Source: Styela clava (Eukaryota). From it: a stretch of DNA of 64,000 bases. Of the stretch, positions 52,201-64,000 are shown one piece after another. Position 1 is the stretch's first letter. Every line of letters begins with the position of its first letter. A program made the translations under genes and the position numbers. The stretch spans positions 9,300,001 through 9,364,000 of the forward strand of contig NC_135263.1 of NCBI RefSeq assembly GCF_964204865.1, written 5' to 3'. The notes beneath the pieces were generated by a model. It saw only the letters and a list, made by a program, of their open reading frames with translations. It was not told the origin of the DNA and did not search any database.

Positions 52201-55200
52201 AATAATTTAAAGTTCATGCCTCTATCACACCCTTTCACCCATTTAATCCAAATTTAGAATTGATGTCTTATCTTTTATCAGATGGTAAATTATAGCCTTG
52301 GATATTTGTTGGTAGTATTTGAAAGGAGAATGGATCCCTCTGACAGGGGCCAGTCAAACACGAAGAAGTCAACAAAATTTATACCAGACCATTGATGCAG
52401 GGGAAAGGTAAGGTAAACATTAGGTGAATTTTAATAGCACGATTTTACCTCTATATCGTATCACTATACTATAAATATTCGAAGGAGTCTTCGCTCGTAA
52501 TTCTAGTTTGGAATGGGATAGCAGTGTACATCCGCTCAGACTATTTCTATCTATAATCAATTGCATCAGAATGCACTATGTGCGTTTTATCACTATTGGG
52601 CGTGATAATTAAAGAATACACTTTCGTAAAAAGCTGAAAAAGTGGTGTTCATGAAATTTGTCAGGTAACTCAAGTGTAATTTGTAAGATTTTTCACTTTA
52701 TATCCAACTGTGTGACAATAAAAAATTTATCAATTAATCTGATTTTAGTTTTTTCTTCCCATGTATTATTACCAGGTGAATGGAGGGCATTTTAATCTAC
52801 AAATAAAATGATGCACTTTTTCGAAAAGTATGTCATATGTCTATGTTTCACTCAATTAACGGAAATGCCGATTGAAATGAAGATAATTTAACATGTACAC
52901 AAAAAAATTACAAATGAGAAAATATCACAAAAACTTCGAAACTTCTTCTTGAATTGGAGTTGTTTTAGGTTGTGTTCATTTAAACCATTTTAATATATAT
53001 ATTGTTTTATGCCATATTGCTTGGCACGGAAAGGTACCAGTGCAAATTTTCCTACAACTTCAGCATTTTTTTTTAATAATATTCTTGATTAAAATCGTTA
53101 AATATGTTAATCGAGGAAATATTTAGATAAATTTGAAATAAAACAAATTTTGAAATTACGCAATGTCAACATTTTTGAAATTGTCACGTTTAAATTAACA
53201 TTTCTTCATTTCAAAATGTTCAAAGCAATTATAAAAAAAAGAACAATCTGAAAAATATTGGATTACAAAACTCGAATTATTAGTAATATTATATCTGATA
53301 GTTAATGCGCTCAAAATTCGGATCGAATGGGAATGATTAAATTGTTTTTAAGCAATTATTAAAAAACACTGCAGAATTTGTGGGAAAATGGTTTAAGTAT
53401 GTTTTCAACATTCATTCAGAGCTGCTTCAGTTATTCGCGAGTTCGTAAGAAATGCTTTCATTGGTATTGATTTAAACTTGTCATTTTGCCCTACACATCT
53501 GGTTTTAGTTTTTGTGGTTTTAGTGAAAATTATAAAAAAAACTTCATACTAAACTATTACCTAAAAATTTGCGCCACATTTTTATGATCTGAAAGTCATA
53601 TCACAATAAAATATAACCAGTTTTTCGAGTTTCAGTACGTTAAATCAATGATCGGAAAAGTATATTTCCCGTTTACAAATACAGCATAGCGTTTTATTTA
53701 AATCAAACTTAAATGCCGCATTCTTTTGCGATTGTTATTCTATATTTCAATGTTTTCTGTTGATGAAGAGATTGATTTTAGACTAGATAATTTAACGCTA
53801 ACAACAAAGTATTTCAATTGAGAAAGTGTCGCATCAAATTTAACCCAATTTCTCTAAATTATGTTTGAAATTCCATATAACTGATTTCAACAAAACATTT
53901 CCAAGTCACAAAAGGGTACATTTATTTTGTCGCGCTAGTTTATATACGAATATGGGGCGTTAACGCAGTAACTTCATTCAATATATTATAAGGAAAATCA
54001 GACTCATCATAATTTAATTTATTCGATTTATCAACCGGGCATACTTAGTCAAGTATGACTTGATGATCGGACACGCCGTTAGAGACGTGGTCCATTTACG
54101 ATCTACGCTTATGCAATTGTTATCCGTAGCAAGTGTGGTCGTCTCAATCACTGTTGTATTTCTGGTTGTTTTTTTCTACGTATCATTTAATTTTCGTCAA
54201 AACCATATCACACCAACTGTATATTATTCATTTTTGATTGTTTATGGTTTCGCGGAAACAAGAAAAATGAGATTCCATTATGACCGCACTAATGGCATTT
54301 GACACTTAGTGACATTAAAGTAATTCCGGGAAAAATGATACAGGGAAAATTGACGTGAAAAACAATTTTTAACTTATATATATGAAATTATAGATATGCA
54401 TTTTACAAGTTGATATAAATCATCTGAATAAAGATATTGCAATTTAGATTTAACATCGTACGATTTGTTTCGAATGGGGCTATACAAAATCAAACTTATT
54501 GTATTATACTTTAATTTTACTTCTGTACGTTAGATATTTTCTTATAAATAAAAACATGCTAAAATACACTTAGTGACCCAAAATTCGTTTCGAAAAAATA
54601 AGGAAAGAACAATTTCAATTCGAGCACAAACATTCAATTTCCAGTCATGAGTGTAAATTTAGAATTCGCAATAATATCAGATATGGTCCTGTTTTACGTG
54701 AATATGTTGCTTTGTTGGTGTTTATCGCATACATTTTCAGAAAACACCGATATTTCAGATTGCTTTTAGACATTCAGATGTTATCAGACAAGAGTATTTT
54801 TAATTAAAGTCATAAAACCGGTTAAAAATCATTGTTAATAAGACGAACGACATGAGAGGGCGTGGATGACCATCTTGTTTTTTTTATTCCCTGCTAACAT
54901 CCAATGTTTTTATTCAAAACTACATAACTTTATCATATCACTGCTATACCGCACGAACGCCATTTTGTTAAGTAATCGTCAAATTTAGTTTTTAAGTCGA
55001 TTTTGATTAAGTGTGTACAGTCACGAAGCAGGTAGCCGAGAACAATTTAAAATAATATATTCTGTTTTTGTTTATACCGTTACTTGGATTTGTTCAGACT
55101 TGTTTTTAAATTCTTCATGGTATATCTTAGTAGTAATGAGGTATGTGAGTCTCGTATTTAAAGTCGTATAATATCAATAACCAAATTTTTATTTATTGGT

Positions 55201-57168
55201 CTCTTTAATTAATTGCGCATAGCATTCGTGTAGCAAATTTATTTTGAGCAAAAATTCGCACAAAATAAATAATTTTCTTTTTTAAACTTGAAATAAACAA
55301 ATCTTAGCAAAGGCTATATTACACTTATCTGAACAAAATTCATCATTTCAGTAACTCATAATCAATTCACTCAACTCGGATGAATATTATTTTTTTATTC
55401 CAGATGAGAGAACTGGGACTATATTTATCAACAGTTATATAAATTCATATACTGTATCAAAGACAAAAACTTTCATTTCCATCTATTTATTCTAGGAATA
55501 AAATTGCCGTAAAACGCGTCACATAATATTCGTATAGATATGTACTTATTGATATTTTTTATCTGACAATCTGAAAACATATGACATAAATGGACAAAAT
55601 TCATGCATGCCTAATCGGATGGACTGCTGTCGAATTCATAATAATAATCCGATAATGCAATACTTACGCGCATGAAATGCGTTTTAACTCTGCGTTTGTA
55701 GATGTTACTATGCGCATAACTAGCATTCAAAAATCAGTTTAACCAACACATTTTTTCAGATATTCAGCACGGTTGATTGTCGTCGAATAGGAACGCAAAA
55801 TGGTACCAATGTAAAAAAAAGGATGAGCAATACCTTGCTTGAGTGCAGTCTTGGTATAAAGTTTCGAAGTCTTTTCTTGTGATAAGTTTACATCTGTTGA
55901 CGCCGGGTTGAATTGCCCCAAGCCCTCGGAGGATTCGAACCTGATGTTCGAAAATATATGTTATTGAATAGCTCAAAAGCAACATAAATTTAAAATCGTT
56001 CAATAACAACTTGAATCTTTCTCTTTATCTAGCTTAACTTCTGATATGCTTATGTTAGATATCTATAACTAGATAGTTTTATCACTATAACATTTTGGTA
56101 GCAATTTGAGATACATTTCTGCTCATTTAGAATCTCGTGAAAGATGAAACAAACTAGTAAATTCACTACGAACTAACATTTTTTACAAGTAAAGCTGTAC
56201 AGTCACGCTCTTGCCCCCGGAAAAAATGCTTTGTTCATCTTGCTAACATCTTGTTTATCTTGCCAAAAACTAAATAATTGTGGAATTATAATCATTTATT
56301 TATATCAAATTATAGAGATTGGGTGACGTCATTGAAAATATTACTGCGCTCATACCGACAGGGTCGAACAGGCCCTCATTGTCACTCATTTTGCAAACCA
56401 TTGAAATGATTGCCGAATAGTTGACCGTAGTAATCACTTAAGTTCATAGGTTTTCAGATATACATTAGAAATATCTTCACCTGTTCAACGTTGCATACTA
56501 CCGGAGAAATGCTCAATCTTTTCAATTTTGTATAAACGGTATGTAGACCTCCTACTAGGTGCTTTAAAAATAGGTCAAAAGCCTGGAGATAAAATTACAA
56601 CGAATTAATACATAAATAAAATTGATGAGTTTGAATACCTCCCTCATTTGATATTAAAGACATTGTAGAGAGAGATCTAGCCCACCTTTATGGATATTAG
56701 TTTCAACAAGGGTGGAGAGAAAATTTTACATATTCAAGCAATCTAGGAAGCAGGATTGAGTGTGATATATCTTTGATGTCAGTCGTCTCAACATACAAGC
56801 AGCTTATACTCAATAAAGATAATCTCTTATACAATACAATATTATGCATTGTCAATTTTTTAATGATTTACATTTATATAGGAGTATAAAAAAAATTTAA
56901 TAGAACTTCCTGATACAATTCACCGTGGTTAGAAATTCTAAGGCGGAAGACATTGTAGTCTTCTAAACACAGATGTCTTCATTTCTGTTTATTTTTAACT
57001 GACACATGAATAGAAACACACTCCACTCACTTGTGGCAAGCAGATAAATTCATCACCGCCAACAAAAAAACTTGCGACTTTGGCACCTCGTAGTTCAACC
57101 ATTCTGCATTCATTGTTGGCTGGTGTGTTTTCAACGGGCTGGGGGGTGCTGTATGCTGGTCTTTCATG
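37228..57168 (-). CDS. dach: Dachshund family transcription cofactor (DACH homolog)
   Basis: DACHbox-N exons 57168-57031, 56582-56481, 55940-55834, 50046-49953 (PVENTPANNECRMVELRGAKVASF..ICLPQAFDLFLKHLVGGLHTVYTKLKRL..VRILRGLGAIQPGVNRCKLITRKDFETLYQDCTQASRPGRPPKR). Middle exons 49667-49568, 44797-44694, 44502-44314, 44050-43937, 43613-43465, ~43375-43203. DACHbox-C exons 41549-41250, 40966-40883, 40621-40526 (TLLTNIQGLLKVAADNAK..RRLKKERKVRK). Tail exons 38309-38097, 37797-37636, 37497-37432 and a tentative last exon 37289-37228. Phases are consistent. The 5' end lies further upstream. Confidence 0.93.
44925..44957. repeat. (TTG)n microsatellite
   Basis: TTGTTGTTTTTGTTGTTGTTGTTGTT. Confidence 0.7.
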
Positions 57169-57952
57169 CTGGAAAAATATTAGATTGCTTTTACATTTGC
57201 AAGTATTTTTAGCATTGATTGAATAAACTAATAAGTTTCTGTTGACAAATTTTAACTTGGTTGTCGTCAAGATCAATGGAACTCAAGGTAGTGTTTTATT
57301 GCTTTATGACACTGAAATGCTCATATTTTACGTTCTTGTCCATCAAAAGACAATTGACGTCATCATTTACATTTTAATTAATAATATGAAACAAATATTA
57401 CCATGTTCATGTTCTATTTTCAACTGGTTGAGGGTGTTAACTAGGTGATTAGAACTCCTAAATTTCAGGATTAATTCGGCGTTACACGTGAGATTTTGAC
57501 AGTTTTTGTTGTCTATCCGTCTCAATTACAGCAGGTTTAAACATTCCGTCCGGAGAGTTGTAAACAGAGCGGAACCCGAAGGGTCAAAACTTACTATATA
57601 AATGGATCGAATACGCGAATGCCATGCATGGCGTCACAATAAAAACAATAATAGAACTGCAACATAAAACCATAATAAGATGTCAAAATGTAATGATTTC
57701 AAACTATGCATTCAAGCGTGACCGAATCTGGAACATCATACGACTTCATTTTCAGTGCGGAAACATGAGTGAAGAGTGCAAAAAGTAATGCCATTTTCCT
57801 ACAAATCTTAACAATGATATTTATTAAACAAAGAAATAAATAATGTAGTACTTTAAAATAATTTTTCAACATAACCACTTGTTTTTATATGAATTATAAT
57901 TTATAGTAGTATTTTTATGTGTAAATAATACACAGCACAACAAAGATTGATC

Positions 57953-58062
57953 GGTACTCCTGAAGTATGCGCACCAAGATGTCGTACAACCTGAACCCTG
58001 ACCTGGTACACAACATGAGTTCAGGTTGTGCGCCATCCTGGTGCGCATACTTCAGGAGGTCC
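57953..58062. mobile_element. 110-bp palindromic Merlin-like MITE, independent insertion
   Basis: Same TIRs as 16720-16829 in the opposite orientation, with an exact 8-bp TSD GATTGATC (57945-57952, 58063-58070). Confidence 0.88.
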
Positions 58063-61000
58063 GATTGATCTTATACAATTGTACCATTCATTAAGGGTTT
58101 TTAAAAGTAGCAACAAATTTTCTCCCAGATTCATTTTTGTATCTAAAGAGTGGAAACAAAACATAAATTTTGCATTTTTGGAAATTTCTTTAAAATAATT
58201 AATGATTGAGGTGACCTTATCATTGTGATTGTCGAGATCAAAATATCGCACCCGATTTCCATCAAACAATTAGAAATAAAATTTATATGTTTTCTTTATG
58301 AATAAATCAAATATCAAAAGTATGTTTAAATTGACAATACTTGGCGAGTAATAATTAGTCCGAATTGCTTTTAAATTGCTAATCCAATTTGTTGTGAACA
58401 AGGGACAAGCTGGCGGCTTTACCTAACTAAACTCCAATTAGGGCATTTCTGGCATGAAAGCCAAATATACTTCCTGGTGATATCCAGAAATATTAAACAT
58501 TGTAGAATTGTCAAACTACCAAACAAACATGAACACAGATAAATTTGACTTTGATACGAAAGAGAAAAGATTAATTGATTACTATAAAGTAAATTTCGAG
58601 GTTTCTTATCTTTATAATAATGTCGCGTTGTGCACATGATTGGGATTCTAAAATTAACTCGGTCCATGCAAGATCGACGGTGTTATATTTATGTACGTAT
58701 CTAATTCTGAACAATTAAAGCTAATTTGAACTTTGGCTGTGCCAAATCTTCGAATTCACAGCATTTTCCCAGGACCCTTGATTAAAGTCGAAAACAGCTT
58801 GTTTCTAAAATTAGATAACTTTACTTCATTTGTTCATTTTATGTTTTGAGTTTTCTTTCATTTTTCGACTTAGATGAACTTGCCAATCTTTTAGAACTGT
58901 TTTTTTTTTTATTTTCTATGTATAAAAATTATACAATAAGTGCAAAAATGAATGAAAATATTTTGGAAAAAAAGTCACAAAAATGAATATATTAAATAGA
59001 ATTTTAAAGTATTTCAATAATTCTAATGCACTCGGTGTGGGTATCAATTTATCATGTTTATTTTGATAAACGGCTTTACTAATCGCTTACTGAATTGTAA
59101 TGGCTGTATTTTTATGTTGCCAGATTTAGTTACCACGTCTGGGGGGATTATGTGACATGGTGAATGTTTTTTAACTTAATCAGACTATAACTCCTGGCAA
59201 CATCCAATTTTTTAACGAACTCGGTAACAGCCTCATCATTGCAAGTTTACGTTACTTCAAAATATCAGTAGACTTCATCAATTTTTCCACCGAAGGGAAT
59301 AAAATTGATATATTTCAATGCTAACTATGACTGATCTAGAAATCGTGATTGTCGTATCGGGGAAATGATAGAAAATAAAGTAATAAATGTCCATTTCACA
59401 TGTTTAATGAGTATTTGGCACTCCCACAATGAATAGATTTCCTCGTTCATATCATTTTTCGTGACCGGATACCGACTGAACACAATGGTAAGAAGCTAAT
59501 ATATTTTTCTGTGAATCGATTGAAAGTTTAAATTCGTTTCGTTTCTACACTCATTATCAAAGTGAACAAAAAACGAGTCAACATCCAACATCCATGATCA
59601 AAAACACAGAATTTCAACGATAGGAAATAATTTATTGATCGATTCATCATGAAATCGTTAGCTATATTAGCAGAACATGTTTCCCACCCCTCGCCTATAA
59701 AATATATAAAAGATGTTAAATGACGGGCCTGATTTCTAACTTCCCGTTTCAGTGAATTTTAAATAGAGAGTAACGTTGCTGAAATAGTTATGACAAACCG
59801 CGTTTTGAGCCACACTTTGTGATTGACTTTTCAAAAGGCAACGAATGTATTTTTCATTTTTTCCTCATTTTTATTACCCCATCCCGCCCTGCCTCTTCAT
59901 ACTTTATTTTTCTATGCACAGATTGATGTTCCGTAAGTGGATATCAATTTCTAAATACACTGGTACTTCATTGTGTTGTTTATTGTCCAAATGGTTAAAT
60001 CGCTTCGATTTATTTTGTAATAGTATTATTGATTTAATATGATTGTGTTTTCTACCAACGTCAATGGATAAGAGATTCTGTTTTGCATCGAAAATTAAAA
60101 CCTCATTCCCTGAAAAACCTGAGTAAAATTGTCAAATGTTTTCGGTACCATTGCGGTGCTCAATAACTTATCCTGACATTTCTTTATAATTGAGTCGTTT
60201 GAGTAATGGCGCACAAGATGAGTGCGTTGAACAACAAATTTCATACTGCAGTTCATAATTGAAAAGTTTTAACAATGACTAATTATGATTATGATTAATA
60301 ATGGTATAATTGCTAAAATATAGGCAATAAATAATCACTTGTGTGTCACTTGGATTTGAGTGAAGTGGGAAAATTATATTACGAGGAATTATAGAATTGA
60401 AATAGCGCCACATTGAAGTGAAACGCACATTACTTACTCGTATTTGACAGTAGATATATTATGTTAATTTCTGCGTTATGTTTCTAATAGTTTATCTAAG
60501 CATGTCCAATTTAAACAGGATGCCGTTCACCGCTGTTACTAGATTCCCGTACATTTTGCTAAATTAGTATTTTTTTTTTCAAATGAGCGATTGACGTTAC
60601 AATGCTCACATGCTTATAAATATTTTATATTTTAAAACAATCTGATTACTAATAATGTTGTTTTTATGTTTTTTGAATTATGAAGAACCACAAAAAACCA
60701 AAGATAACAAACAGAGTTACAATTTTTTGACCAAACTACTCAAAAGTTTTCATGCGTATTTTCTTTATATAGACCTTGGACGAACAATAATCATGCACGT
60801 TTAATAGTTACACAAGCGACAACCTTAATAATATACAAAAAATGGAATATTTTATTGCTTTTTATTAGAGACACCTGTGAATTATAAATTACACCATAAA
60901 AGTGAAAACATGAAGCAAAAAATTCACAAAGCAATGTTGCATAGGCCCAATTTCTGAAAATACAAGAAAGAGATTGCGAAAAGACATATTTTTTTTATAG

Positions 61001-61772
61001 TCGGATGTATTTCTATTGTACGATCCGCCCGTCGCAGTTACGACACCGGATGCGAAGTGAATCCGCCATTTTTGTTCATAGTTGACCTATGTTATCATAG
61101 TAAACCTATGATAAAGTTCGTCATGAAAATTGTATTTATTTTCAATCTTGTAAAATGGAATTTTTCAGAATTCAATCATACATTGTTGCGTCTAAACGTG
61201 TACAATTTGAGCATATATTAAAATATTTAGCTTATACTGCAACAAGTGTATCTTTTTTCAATATAGTATTTTTTCTAACCATGCAGACATACATCACTTA
61301 TTAAAGTGATGATATTTCTTGAAAAAGAAATAGTCAACTGCAGAAATAAAATAAGGATGCAAAGGTAGAAGATAAGTTTTAATTTTTGATGATTCTACGT
61401 GTATATTTCTTGTGCAATTCTGCTGAATCACATGTATAACACAACGCAATATTACGTTTGCATGGTAGGTTTTAGTTTTTGATAACAGAGAAATCTGTAC
61501 TATTTATCTACAACCCTATCACGTGACTGATTATTTTATCAAAATGTTAAAATGGCTCCGTCAATGGCAATCCCGATGTACAAAATTAGGTCCGCGGAAT
61601 TTAAAGGCGTTCATATCGGCGCAGGCAGATAGGAGAATCCGGCCTTCTGTTGGTTGGATTACTAATGAATTTTTATTAAAAAACAATTGCCTTATATATT
61701 TTCTGCAAATATACACGTTTTGGATGTGAAATAAAACTAGAAATTAACTCCATTCTTCGAAATAAACGTTAC

Positions 61773-61871
61773 CTTGTATGTGTGTATAGGAGGTGATGCC
61801 ATGCTGATTCCATCCCATTTTCCGTGCATTGCTAAACCAAGCGGCATTGTGTGGAGTCCCTGGTGCAAAGG
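61773..61871 (-). CDS. dach: Candidate upstream (possibly start-containing) exon of dachshund
   Basis: TACTCAC branch point, pyrimidine tract and CAG acceptor, with an AAG|GTAACG donor. The 99-bp phase-0 exon (PLHQGLHTMPLGLAMHGKWDGISMASPPIHTYK) joins in frame to HERPAYSTP. Confidence 0.5.
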
Positions 61872-64000
61872 CTGAGAGTGCCAAAAGAGGTGAGTAATAA
61901 TTTTCTGTCTTTGGTATAATATAATTAAATAATAGATTTCTAAATATCAGTTGTCGAACAAGCAAAAACAAATTTGAATTAGAATTCTAATTTTTATAGC
62001 TAAATTTTGTGCGGTGTAATTGAATGTGTTATGCGCTGATCCCAAACCAACTCAAACCTGAAAAACTGTTCTTTTGGGGCGGTCTCTAATAGATTCAAAA
62101 GTAGAAATAACTTTGTGCAAATACTCGTAACCATCTTTGAATTAGTACCTGTATATATTGGCTCAATTTAAACGCAATCAATTACGAAACCGATCCGACC
62201 TTGGCCTGTCTCGACTTAAAACGCTGAATCTATCGATTTTACACGAGTTCCAATGCAATGTTTTATTCTTTGCTCGTTATTTTCAAGAAAAAAGAGCATT
62301 TAAAGCAACTTTATATTTTTCAATAAAAGATTAAGCTGAGGTACTATAATCACACGTTTAGATCAATGACTAGATATGTTATAGAAAATCTATCCAACGT
62401 ATGAATTATTGCATATTCAGACTTTTAGGCTATCTCAAATTTGATGAACAAAACGTAAGTAATTTTATCAAAACTTCCAAATTAAAAAATGTCAGATGTG
62501 CATTCTGTCTAAATCTATCGAGTTTTACTGGTTGAATATCGTAGAATTGCAATCAAGAGTATTTTATTTATGGAAAAATAAATAGTTCATATTGTATATG
62601 TTTGGCTCACTTTATGTATGAAAAGGGATAAACTGAATATATACCTCTCAATTCTCACTGTTTTCAAACCAACTTGGTTTAACCCATATAAGTGACACGG
62701 CCAGCTACCTTTACATTGCGTCGTCGTGGTGACAATGGTAACCTCTCATATGTCTAAAACTAATGTCTATTCAAGTTGTCAAAATTATAAACTCTGTCCC
62801 TTTTACGAAACTTCAGCGACTTTCAAAGGCCGATTGATTGGCCAACTATAAATCTACCAATAAATTGTTCTGACTTCTCGATATTCTCATTTACCAAGCC
62901 GGACATACGTTCATGCGATACGCTACAAAAAACTCATTTAGCTAAGCATATGGCGATAGCGTTTGCATATACATTTTAACTTCGAATTTTCCCTGGCCTC
63001 ATATAAAAAATATATTCTTTTTGAACTATCGTTTTCATGATACTCAAAAATATGCAAACGGTGAGAGTGTGGCAGAGCGAATCCACCAGAGACGATACAA
63101 AGTCTATGCAATGAGAAACTGTCTGTGCAGTTGATGTCTACAAAGTATATAAAGCGACAACATTCCGTACGACTATGCAAGCGCGCCATTGTTAATATTT
63201 TCGGCGTCGAGACTTATCTAAACAAAATATCAGAAAACGAGTTTTCCTAGATTTTTCTCTGACATTCGCTCCAATCGATATTTCATCATGTTAATGTATT
63301 GAAATGGACTTTTTATAAAAATTTTACTCGAACATTTTTTGCGTATACACTTGCAATAAGTCGCACCATTATAATATATATAATGCATGATATCGGAGGT
63401 AAATTCCCTACCATATTATGATGATATATCTGACAATTTTGCCGGAACAACATCAGATCTCTTGTATCACAGTCATCGGTGCTTACCGTGTACTTCTGAC
63501 CAAAGGCTTGATACATAATGAATACCAACAACAGCTATTTTGCAATGCTTTTATGATTGTTTATAAATTAACTGTATGTGATATTCACAAGATCAGAGAC
63601 CGTCATCATAGATCATACTGATGAAGAAATACAAAGAGAAAATAAACGTCTGAAATTCTGTTGGAAATATTAAACATTCACCGATAATAATTTGAGTTGG
63701 TTGTCAAACGTGATCAATGGATATCGTACTTAAATCATGCTCGATTAACCATTATTTTCTACAAAATTCATGACTGTAATTACTCTGTGCAATTTTAGTT
63801 CAAAACTATTGTTTCAGTTTAATAGTCATCGAACGACCTCGTTTAAGAAGTAGAAGCAGAATGTTAAAAAACAACAGAAAATACACTGCTACATTAATTA
63901 ATTTTGGCACCACCGTTCACACAAAGTGTGGGCAAAATAACCTCAAAATTGGACCAATGAGAACTAACACTTTCAAATAATGAAGTTATTTGTATTTCCG

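Overview
AT-rich, intron-containing animal genomic DNA, not prokaryotic. Gene style and short introns suggest an invertebrate chordate such as a tunicate (inference). There are three blocks. (1) ~1-12.5 kb is transposon-riddled (hAT transposase remnant, hAT and Mutator-type MITEs with visible target-site duplications, TSDs). It holds two tandem, decayed copies of an unannotated minus-strand multi-exon gene. Its small phase-1 N-terminal exons encode RHIM-like motifs, and the sequence downstream of copy A shows weak, collinear remnants of NACHT/winged-helix/LRR-like motifs, so it is a possible amyloid-signalling NLR pseudogene. (2) 14.4-34.2 kb is a plus-strand tandem array of five SLC7 light-chain (b0,+AT/SLC7A9-like) amino-acid transporter genes. 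Three are intact, one is a 5'-truncated copy disrupted by a solo LTR, and one is a frameshifted pseudogene. (3) 37.2-62 kb is a minus-strand, many-exon dachshund (DACH) gene with both DACH boxes. Exon structures were assembled by eye from GT-AG signals and translation; no database search was run.
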